Both the position numbers and the translations under genes were made by a program. A DNA stretch of 21,013 nt from Candidatus Iainarchaeum sp. (GTDB taxonomy: Archaea; Iainarchaeota; Iainarchaeia; Iainarchaeales; GCA-2688035). The DNA lies in assembly GCA_028713935.1 (NCBI GenBank), contig JAQTNI010000022.1, positions 1 through 21,013 on the forward strand, written 5' to 3'. The notes beneath the pieces are model-generated. The model searched no databases. It was not told the DNA's origin and was given only the letters and a program-made list of their open reading frames with translations. Shown in pieces: positions 14,343 to 21,013 of the stretch; the stretch's first letter is position 1; each line of letters begins with the position of its first letter.

Positions 14343-16052
14343 ATGGCAAAACTTGTTCTCATCAGCGGAAACGAAAATCTTGATTCGCTGGGCGAAAGCA
14401 TTGGCAGGAACGCAAAAATCCTTCTCCTGAACCCTGAATTCCAAGAAATCCTGAGCGAGAAAAAATTGGAGTTTGTCACCCCTGACAAAATGGTCGGGGA
14501 AAAAATCAGGGGCAGGCTGCTTGAAAAAGCGGTTTCAATAACACAAGAACTTGAAAAAAGCGGCATTGAATACAAGGGCATTAACCTGATGCGGGCAAAG
14601 TCCTGCGAGCTCACGAGGCAGCTTTACATTTCTTTCTTCGAGGCACTTGCCCTCGCCAATGCGGTAAAAAAATTTTCCCCTGAAGAAACAATCGCTTGCA
14701 GAAACACAAAAGGCGAAGAATACCTTGCAGTGCTTGGAATAAAAAACAAAAAAATTATTTGCTGCGGAGAAAAAAAAATGGGGGGGCTTTTCCTTGACCA
14801 TGCAAAAAAACGCGCTGGCCAGATAAGCGGGAAACTTCTTGCAATAATCGCGCCTTCCCCCAAAAAAAAAGCAAATTCGATAACTGTTTTTTCAAAATCG
14901 CGGGGTTATTTTGATGAATTGCAAAACAGGCTTGCGCAAAGCAAGGGCTTCGATTTGTTTTCAACAGAAGAGGCGCTTCTGAGGCATTCACTGAACCCGA
15001 AAAACTGGCTTGAAAAAAACACAATGCCCGATGCAATAAGGAACAAAGCCGAAAAAGCGCTCCTTGAAAAATCCATAATTAAAAAATGCGTTATTGAAAA
15101 AACAGACTTTTCCGGGCTTGTCAGGAGCGCTGTGAAAAATTCAGTTGAAAGCGATTTTCCAAAATATGCGGGATTCATCAATGCAATGGAAAAGGAATTC
15201 GTGAAAAGAAAGCCCAAAATAGTGCTGTTATGGGTCGATTCAGTGCCTTTTGAAAGAATAACCGCGCTTCTTGCAAAAAAATTTTGCTCTGTTTCAGTTG
15301 TTTTGCAGCACGGCATTCCGGCTGCAGACAGGCTTCTGCTAAAAGGCTGGCTTCCTGGATTTGCCCCGCTCACTGCGGATTTCTTTTTCAGCTGGGGAAA
15401 AAACACTTCAAGGCTCATGCGTTTCCACAACGTTCCTGAAAAACGGATTTTCGAAACCGGAAACCCGAGATTTGAGGAAATAGTTACAAAAAAATTCGAA
15501 AGGCAAAAAACAATGGAAAAGCTCGGAATCAAAAAAAGCGGAAAAATAATTCTTGTGCTTACCCAGCCAATGTTCTATGGCTTCAACCCAATGGAAATGG
15601 CAAGAGCCGCAATCAATGCTGCAGAAAAGAATCCCGGTGTGAACTGTGTGATAAAAACTCACCCGGTGGAGCATTTTTCGGGATATGAAAAAAGATTCGC
15701 AAAAAGAGCCATAATAAGCAGGAAAATTTCACTGCATGAGCTCATAGATGCTGCTGATGCGGTAATAGGGAACAGCTCTACAAGCCTTATCGAGGCAATG
15801 CTCTTTGAAAAGCCAGTTATAATTTTTGACCCGGGAAAAACCGCGGGCTTTTATGAAAAAAACAGCGCAGTGCTCTATGCGGGGAATGCACGTGAACTTG
15901 AAGGCGCAGTAAGGTCTGTTTTTGAAAAACCTGAAACCCTGAAACTGCTGGGCAAAGCCAGAAAAGAATTCCTGAAAAAAGAACTGGAATTTGTTGAAAA
16001 CTCCGGCGAAAAAACAATAGGGCTTCTGAAAAAAATTGCAGGGGAAAACTAG
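14343..16052 (+). CDS. Large soluble protein with an unassigned N-terminal half and a C-terminal GT-B-like domain that resembles TagF, capsule polymerase or sialyltransferase families (HP motif).
   Basis: This is a 569-aa ORF with lysine-rich codon usage like its neighbours. The C-terminal half has ILVLTQPMFYG, VIKTHPVEH and LIDAADAVIGNSSTSLIEAMLFEKPVIIFDPG. The order and spacing of these motifs recall the PT-R / HP / D-SS-P-IIF motifs of TagF-like and capsule or sialyl-transferase GT-B enzymes. I recognise no motif in residues 1 to ~280. Confidence 0.45.
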   Translation: MAKLVLISGNENLDSLGESIGRNAKILLLNPEFQEILSEKKLEFVTPDKMVGEKIRGRLLEKAVSITQELEKSGIEYKGINLMRAKSCELTRQLYISFFEALALANAVKKFSPEETIACRNTKGEEYLAVLGIKNKKIICCGEKKMGGLFLDHAKKRAGQISGKLLAIIAPSPKKKANSITVFSKSRGYFDELQNRLAQSKGFDLFSTEEALLRHSLNPKNWLEKNTMPDAIRNKAEKALLEKSIIKKCVIEKTDFSGLVRSAVKNSVESDFPKYAGFINAMEKEFVKRKPKIVLLWVDSVPFERITALLAKKFCSVSVVLQHGIPAADRLLLKGWLPGFAPLTADFFFSWGKNTSRLMRFHNVPEKRIFETGNPRFEEIVTKKFERQKTMEKLGIKKSGKIILVLTQPMFYGFNPMEMARAAINAAEKNPGVNCVIKTHPVEHFSGYEKRFAKRAIISRKISLHELIDAADAVIGNSSTSLIEAMLFEKPVIIFDPGKTAGFYEKNSAVLYAGNARELEGAVRSVFEKPETLKLLGKARKEFLKKELEFVENSGEKTIGLLKKIAGEN

Positions 16053-17650
16053 CCATTTATTTCATAAACCTTTGAGCATTCTGACCTGAAAACAGGCACC
16101 AATAGTTTCCGGCTTTCAAGCTCTGCGAGCGCCCCTGGATTCCAGGGGTTTTTAGAACAGGTCCAGAGAAGGTAATCCACTTTCGAATTTGCCTTGAGGC
16201 CCTTCAGGACTGCATAGAGCTTTTCGGCATTCATTGCGGCATATTCGTCCCAGTCCCTGTTTGCATCATGGTTGCCGAAAAAAATTATTCCCCTTACAAG
16301 GTGCCTCTGTGCAACAAGCCTTGAATCTTCAGGCAGTGTTTTTATGAATTCATAAGCGGGCCTTGCCTCTGCAAAGGACTTTTCATAATAGAGGGCAGTG
16401 GAAACCATGAAGCCAAGGGAATAAACAACGGTAAGCAAGAACAATGCAAGCACAACTTTTCCGATGACCGGCTTTGATTCCCTAAGCCCAAGCAGGCCTC
16501 TTGCAAAAAAAATTCCAAAAAAAGGAAGCACGGGAAGCAGCATTCTCATGCTTATTATTCTCTGAAGCCTTTCTGCAAAAGGCACTGCCGCAAAAATAAA
16601 AAGCAGTAAAATCAAGAGCCAATATTTTTCCCTTTTAAACATTATTAGCAGAAAGCCGCAGATAGTTACTGCCAGAATCGGGAACGTCAGAATGGCAAAA
16701 AGCAATCTGAGTGTTTCAATTGAAAAAATTCCCATGAAAGGCACATTGCTCTGCAGCGAATACGGCAGGAAAAACCAGAAGGACTCGTTAAACTGCACAA
16801 TGAAGTCCGGAGGGCTGTTCAGGGGGGAATCAACAAGAGTGAAAGAGCCGGCTTCTGTGAGGTTTTTTATCTCGGAAGTATTAGAAGGGAAGAATTTCTG
16901 GAAAAAACTTAGTTCCGGGTGCTCAATGCTCTGCCTTTGGAAGTCTGAAAAATACCAGAAGCTTGAAAGCAGAAATGTTGCGAGCGCGATTGCGACCGCT
17001 ATTTTTTTTGCGTGCTTTACCTTTGACCTTACACTGTAAAAAACAATTGCGAGCAGGAAAACAGGAAGCAGAATCATTGCAGTCAGTTTTGAAAGTGCGG
17101 CGGCAGAAACAGCAAAAGGAAGAAGGAAAAGAAAGGCAGTGTTTTTTGTCCTTTCAAATTTGACCAGGAGGTATACTGAAAAAAGCACAAACAGCGCCGC
17201 AAAGGAATCCGGGTAATTTACTGACGAGTAAATTCCAAAAACAGGCTGAATTGCGGCAAACAGGAAGGCAATGAGCGCAAGCGAACTGCCCTTGCCGTAA
17301 CTTTCGAAAAAAAGCCTGCAGATGAGAAAAACAAGCCCGAGCTGCAGGAGCATTACTGCAAGCGGAAAAAAAGCAATCAGGTCAAAATTGAATTCAGTGC
17401 CTGAGGCTATGAAAAGATTTGCAATTGCCACGTGAAAAAACTGGGGCGGCAACTCCCCATTTATTCCCTGCCAGGCAAGTTCCTTTGCATCAGAATTAAA
17501 TGGCATTGCGCCTGTTTTTGAAATCTCCTTCGCAATTGACAGATGGTAAATGGTGTCTGTGTAGGCAGTGTCGGGAAGCATTACTGCTGTAAAAATCCTT
17601 GCAACAAGGACAATTGCAATAAGCACGAAAATAATTTTTTTTAGTTCCAT
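16049..17650 (-). CDS. Polytopic membrane protein, GT-C-fold (ArnT/PMT-like, polyprenyl-phosphate-sugar dependent) glycosyltransferase candidate.
   Basis: The product is 533 aa with about 11-13 hydrophobic helices across residues 1-400. The first extracytoplasmic loop, LPDTAYTDTIYHLSIAKEISKTG, resembles the acidic-loop/aromatic motif of ArnT/PMT_2. The C-terminal ~130 residues form a soluble domain. No WWDYG motif is present, so it is not a canonical AglB/STT3. Its ATG at 17650 directly abuts the TGA of the upstream radical SAM gene. Confidence 0.5.
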   Translation of the reverse strand: MELKKIIFVLIAIVLVARIFTAVMLPDTAYTDTIYHLSIAKEISKTGAMPFNSDAKELAWQGINGELPPQFFHVAIANLFIASGTEFNFDLIAFFPLAVMLLQLGLVFLICRLFFESYGKGSSLALIAFLFAAIQPVFGIYSSVNYPDSFAALFVLFSVYLLVKFERTKNTAFLFLLPFAVSAAALSKLTAMILLPVFLLAIVFYSVRSKVKHAKKIAVAIALATFLLSSFWYFSDFQRQSIEHPELSFFQKFFPSNTSEIKNLTEAGSFTLVDSPLNSPPDFIVQFNESFWFFLPYSLQSNVPFMGIFSIETLRLLFAILTFPILAVTICGFLLIMFKREKYWLLILLLFIFAAVPFAERLQRIISMRMLLPVLPFFGIFFARGLLGLRESKPVIGKVVLALFLLTVVYSLGFMVSTALYYEKSFAEARPAYEFIKTLPEDSRLVAQRHLVRGIIFFGNHDANRDWDEYAAMNAEKLYAVLKGLKANSKVDYLLWTCSKNPWNPGALAELESRKLLVPVFRSECSKVYEING

Positions 17651-18943
17651 TCAATCACTGTTTTTTTTGAAAAAAATATTTTTTAAATATTTAAAGCCAG
17701 CAAAAATGAGCCTCGGGTTCCGGATAATCCTTTTCAGCGCAAACCCCGGCCTGAAATAAATTTCCTTGTATGCCTTCTTGTACATTCTCTCAACGAGTTC
17801 CTTGTTCAAAGCGCCGAGCTCGTAGTAACAGGTTCCCGAGTAAGACCCGTATTTTGAAAAATCTTTTTCAAGGAATTTTCCATTTTCCTTTACCATCGAA
17901 TACAAATGGGTTCCGGGATACGGTGTTGTGATTGTAAACTGGGCAAGGTCAAGGTCAAGTGTTTTTGCAAAATTAATTGTTTCAAGCATTGTTTGCTCTG
18001 TGTCAAAAGGCAGGGCAATCATGAAAAAACCGATTGTTTCAATCCCTGTTTCTTTTGCCCATTTTGCCGCTTTCCTCACCTGTTCAAGAGTGATTTTTTT
18101 TCCAATCTTGTCAAGAACTTCCTGATTCCCAGATTCAATGCCGAAAGAAAGCTGGTAACAGCCTGCTTTTTTCATAAGTCGCAATAATTCCGGGCTTAAT
18201 GTGTCAACTCTCACGCCATTGGGGCAGTTCCATTTTATTTTCAGGCCCCTTTCAATTATGCCATGGCATATTTCCTCAACGCGCTTCCTGCTCAAGGTGA
18301 AATTGTCATCAACAAACCCTATTTCTTCAATGCCATAATTTTCAACCAAATAAGAAATTTCATCAAGGACATTTCGCGCGCTTCTTGCGCGGTAAAGCCT
18401 TCCGAAAGTGCCCTTGTAGCAATACACGCAGCCAAAAGGGCAGCCACGCGAAGTCATTATTGACAAAAATTTTTTCCTGCGCGTGGGAGAAGAATATTTT
18501 TCAAGAGGCAGCCCGCTCCAGTCCGGAAATGGCAATTCGTCAAGGTCCCCTGCCAAATCGCTTTTGAGTATTTTCTTTTTTGAAGAAAATATTTTCAGGA
18601 TGCTTTTTTCCCCTTCTCCCACAACAATCTTGTCGGCGTGCTTCAGTGATTCGCGCGGAAAAATAGTCACATGAGGTCCGCCGAGAACAACCATTACTCC
18701 CTGCTTCCTGAGCCTGTCGGCAAGCTCGAAAGCCTTTGCCGCGGTAGGAGTGTAAACGCTCAGCCCAACCCACTCAGTCCTGATTTTTTCAATTTTCTGG
18801 CCTGCGGCCTCGTCAATTACAAAAACCCTTATTCCTGAATTCTTCAGCACTGCCTGCAGATAGGCAAGCCAGAGCGGCGGAGAAGGGTGTGTTGCATAGC
18901 CTGTCCCTGAAAAATTAATCAGGGTAATTGAATGGAGTTTCAT
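17651..18943 (-). CDS. B12-binding-domain radical SAM protein (class B / COG1032-like).
   Basis: The product is 430 aa from the ATG at 18943; the track start at 18952 is a TTG. The N-terminal Rossmann-like region reads PPLWLAYLQAVLKNSGIRVFVIDE...VVLGGPHVTIFP...VVGEGE. The cluster motif is SRGCPFGCVYCYKG (Cx3Cx2C), followed by FGIESGNQEVLDKIGK. Confidence 0.85.
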   Translation of the reverse strand: MKLHSITLINFSGTGYATHPSPPLWLAYLQAVLKNSGIRVFVIDEAAGQKIEKIRTEWVGLSVYTPTAAKAFELADRLRKQGVMVVLGGPHVTIFPRESLKHADKIVVGEGEKSILKIFSSKKKILKSDLAGDLDELPFPDWSGLPLEKYSSPTRRKKFLSIMTSRGCPFGCVYCYKGTFGRLYRARSARNVLDEISYLVENYGIEEIGFVDDNFTLSRKRVEEICHGIIERGLKIKWNCPNGVRVDTLSPELLRLMKKAGCYQLSFGIESGNQEVLDKIGKKITLEQVRKAAKWAKETGIETIGFFMIALPFDTEQTMLETINFAKTLDLDLAQFTITTPYPGTHLYSMVKENGKFLEKDFSKYGSYSGTCYYELGALNKELVERMYKKAYKEIYFRPGFALKRIIRNPRLIFAGFKYLKNIFFKKNSD

Positions 18944-19088
18944 AAAAATCAATTTCAGATTTTAATTATTGAACCAGTATTGTTTAAATAACAAATCAAG
19001 CATTTAAAATTATAAATTAACATATTGCTTTAATCAAAACAGGCAAAAAAGCGGTTAAAATTCAAATTGGTTTAATCCTCGAATTATC

Positions 19089-19163
19089 CCGCCCTTCTTT
19101 TCTTTTCAAAAGAAAAGAAGTGTAGGGTGCCTAAGAAAAGAAATCTTGAATTGTTGATAAACA
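19089..19163 (-). repeat. Conserved 75-nt intergenic element, copy 2, in inverted orientation relative to copy 1.
   Basis: The minus strand reads TGTTTATCAACAATTCAAGA-TTTCTTTTCTT-A-GGCACCCTACA-CTTCTTTTCTTTT-G-AAAAGAAAAGAAG-GGCGG. In plus-strand coordinates, A' is 19143-19133, the linker is 19131-19121, B' is 19120-19108 and C' is 19106-19094. B' and C' form a 13-bp perfect inverted repeat. A' is the parallel Hoogsteen match to 11 positions of C'. The 11-nt linker is identical to copy 1. Confidence 0.75.
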
Positions 19164-19182
19164 AACGCAAAAAGTGTTACAA

Positions 19183-20604
19183 ATGAATGTCCTTTTCCTT
19201 AACCCGCCGTTTCACGATAATGCCACTTTCAACAGGGAAGTAAGGTTCCAGGCAGTTTCGCCCCAAAAAGCGCTGCACCCGCCGCTGTTGCTTGCATATG
19301 CCGCGGCTGTCTGCAAAAAAGAAGGCCACACCGTGGATTTAATCGATGCGCCCGCGCTTGAAATTTCAAGGGAAAAAACAATTGTAATGGCAAAAAAATT
19401 TTTGCCTGGGCTTATTGTAATGCTCACTTCAACAGCGTCAGTTGAATCTGACGGGGCGCTTGCAAAAGAGCTTGGAAAAGAAACAAATGCAAAAACAATT
19501 GCAGTGGGAGTGCATGCAACTGCAGTCCCTGAAGACACACTGAAAAAAGGCTTTGACATCATTGCAAGGGGGGAATATGAATACACAATCAGGGAGCTTG
19601 CAGAAAAAGCACGTTTGGAAAAAGTGCTTGGAATTTCCTACAAAAAAAACAAGAAATTCATGCATAATAAAAACCGCCCTTTGATTGAAAACCTGGATGA
19701 ACTGCCATTTCCTGCACGCGAACTCCTGCCAAATGAAAAATATTACAGCGCGCTTTACAAGAACCCTTTCACTTTTATTCTTGCAGGGAGAGGCTGCCCC
19801 CAGCAATGCATTTTCTGCGCAGGCCCGCAATTGATGTCGGGCCGCAGGTATAGATTCAGGAGCCCGCGCAACATAGTGGATGAGCTGAAGCACATTAAAA
19901 AAAATTTTCCGAAACTGAAAAGCGTTTTGTTCAATGATGATACCTTGAATGTAAACAAAAAACACATTCTTGAAACCTGCGATTTGATGATCAAGGAAAA
20001 AATAAATTTGCCATGGGCTGCCTATTCAAGGGTTGATTCTGTGGATGAGGAAATTGCGCAAAAAATGAAAAAAGCGGGCTGCTTTCTTGTAAAAGTCGGG
20101 TTTGAATCCGGCAATGACGAAATTTTAAGGTCAATGAAAAAAGGCCCGCGTGCAACAGCGGAACAGGGAAAAAAATGCGCTGAAATTTTCAGCAAGGCAG
20201 GAATACAGGTGCACGGCACCTTTGTTTTTGGAATGCCCGGGGAAACAAAAGAAACAATCCAGAAAACAATTGATTACGCAAAAAAACTTGACATTGATTT
20301 TGTGCAGTTCTCAATTGCACAGCCCTATCCTGGCACTGAATTTTTTGAAATCCTGAAAAAGCAGGGTTATCTGAAATTTGGCGATTGGTCGGAATTCCTT
20401 GACAAGGAAGGCTGCATTACGCCGATTTTTGAATACCCAAACCTGAAAGCAGGGGAAATGGAAAAATTTTTGAAAAAGGCTTACAGGCAGTATTATTTCA
20501 GGCCAAAATACATTGCAAAAGCAGTAAAACAGAGGCTCACAAACAGGGAGCTTGCAAAAACAAGCCTGCGAAGCGCCTGGAATCTTGTAAAATATTTGAA
20601 ATAA
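19183..20604 (+). CDS. B12-binding-domain radical SAM protein, paralogue of the gene at 3259-4701.
   Basis: The product is 473 aa from the ATG at 19183; the track start at 19174 is a GTG. MNVLFLNPPF...PPLLLAYAAAVCKKEGHTVDLIDAP parallels the N-terminus of the 3259 gene. The cluster motif is GRGCPQQCIFCAG (Cx3Cx2C). It shares with its paralogue FNDDTL/LEDDTF, PW(A/S), GFESG(N/S) and the C-terminal YYFRPKY/FYLRPGY. Confidence 0.85.
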   Translation: MNVLFLNPPFHDNATFNREVRFQAVSPQKALHPPLLLAYAAAVCKKEGHTVDLIDAPALEISREKTIVMAKKFLPGLIVMLTSTASVESDGALAKELGKETNAKTIAVGVHATAVPEDTLKKGFDIIARGEYEYTIRELAEKARLEKVLGISYKKNKKFMHNKNRPLIENLDELPFPARELLPNEKYYSALYKNPFTFILAGRGCPQQCIFCAGPQLMSGRRYRFRSPRNIVDELKHIKKNFPKLKSVLFNDDTLNVNKKHILETCDLMIKEKINLPWAAYSRVDSVDEEIAQKMKKAGCFLVKVGFESGNDEILRSMKKGPRATAEQGKKCAEIFSKAGIQVHGTFVFGMPGETKETIQKTIDYAKKLDIDFVQFSIAQPYPGTEFFEILKKQGYLKFGDWSEFLDKEGCITPIFEYPNLKAGEMEKFLKKAYRQYYFRPKYIAKAVKQRLTNRELAKTSLRSAWNLVKYLK

Positions 20605-20610
20605 ATAAAC

Positions 20611-21013
20611 TTATTTTTTCAGCTGAAAAACAACGCTTGAGCCGAATCTTTTCATTGCGCCCTTCCCAATCCTCAATTCCCCATTTGCAAGAAAATGCCA
20701 CAGCCTTGCAAAAACAGCCGAATTGATTTTCTTTGGAATTATGTTGCTGATCAGGGGAAGCGGAAAAACAAGAATCGAATGCATTCCAAAAATTTCAAAG
20801 CCTGTTTTTTCCAGCATTCCAAGGGTTTTTTTCCAGTGCTGTTCAGTGTGCTGCTCCCTTGAGTACTCAATCTTTGGGCAGGAATACAGTTTTGCCTTCT
20901 GGAAAAAATGCACAAGCTTCCACAAAATGCTCTGGGAATTTGGAACAGAAATAACTGCTTTTGCGTGTGCTTTCAAAACACGGAAAATTTCATCAAAGCC
21001 CTTCTGCATTTCA
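20611..21013 (-). CDS. Class I SAM-dependent methyltransferase, C-terminal part only; the 5' end lies beyond the right edge of the window.
   Basis: The frame stays open through the last full in-window codon upstream of the track's Met at 21009 (GAA at 21012-21010), so that Met is probably internal. FDEIFRVLKAHAKAVISVPN followed by LEKTGFEIFG matches the post-motif-II/III region of the methyltransferase at 4711-5337 (GKIIVSVPN...IENSGFEIEKI). The SAM-binding motif I is outside the window. Confidence 0.7.
   Translation of the reverse strand, partial: EMQKGFDEIFRVLKAHAKAVISVPNSQSILWKLVHFFQKAKLYSCPKIEYSREQHTEQHWKKTLGMLEKTGFEIFGMHSILVFPLPLISNIIPKKINSAVFARLWHFLANGELRIGKGAMKRFGSSVVFQLKK

Noticed and set aside
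1-21013. A check of the whole window for CRISPR arrays, tRNA/rRNA genes, transposases or integrases, toxin-antitoxin or other defence modules, and RiPP-like precursor peptides next to the radical SAM genes.
   Set aside because: I saw no regularly spaced direct repeats, no cloverleaf-capable or rRNA-like segments in the short intergenic regions, and no recombinase or nuclease motifs. No small Cys/Ser/Thr-rich ORF lies adjacent to any radical SAM gene. The radical SAM genes are flanked by sugar-pathway genes and methyltransferases, so a glycan-modification context is more plausible than a RiPP or defence system.

Overview
This is an AT-rich, lysine-rich and very tightly packed 21-kb surface-glycan / nucleotide-sugar biosynthesis island. 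I support 19 protein-coding genes, two of them cut by the window edges. I found no rRNA, tRNA, CRISPR array, transposase, integrase or recognisable defence gene. Gene content, left to right: (1) a GT2 gene on the minus strand that is missing from the ORF track because it runs off the left edge; (2) a plus-strand operon of rmlB, NUDIX, rmlA-like, B12-binding radical SAM, class I methyltransferase, then a 91-nt gap, then GT2 with TM domain, GT4, GT2, wecB and GT4, with most junctions being ATGA start/stop overlaps; (3) a nonulosonic-acid (pseudaminic-acid-like) block with a NeuB/PseI-family synthase, a cytidylyltransferase-GNAT fusion and a PseB-like dehydratase; (4) a 569-aa GT-B-like protein with an unassignable N-terminal half; (5) a GT-C-like 533-aa membrane protein whose start directly abuts the stop of a second B12 radical SAM gene; (6) a third B12 radical SAM gene, a paralogue of the first, converging on a second class I methyltransferase. 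TATA-like A/T boxes lie 25-40 nt upstream of operon-first ATGs that lack Shine-Dalgarno sequences. Together with the absence of hairpin plus U-tract terminators and the extreme compaction, this suggests an uncultivated small-genome archaeon (DPANN-like). A CPR bacterium cannot be excluded from sequence alone. Most interesting observations: (a) a 75-nt intergenic element in two inverted copies (5344-5418 and 19089-19163). One strand of it carries pyrimidine, pyrimidine and purine tracts that satisfy the rules for an intramolecular triple helix. The three tracts differ between the copies but co-vary in the same register. (b) Three cobalamin-type radical SAM enzymes, two paired with SAM methyltransferases, sit inside a deoxysugar/nonulosonate locus that has rmlA and rmlB but no rmlC or rmlD. 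(c) A GT4 gene whose conserved N-terminus is in frame but starts at ATA, in an ATAA junction where the sister junctions have ATGA. All functional calls come from motif recognition by eye; no database search was run.
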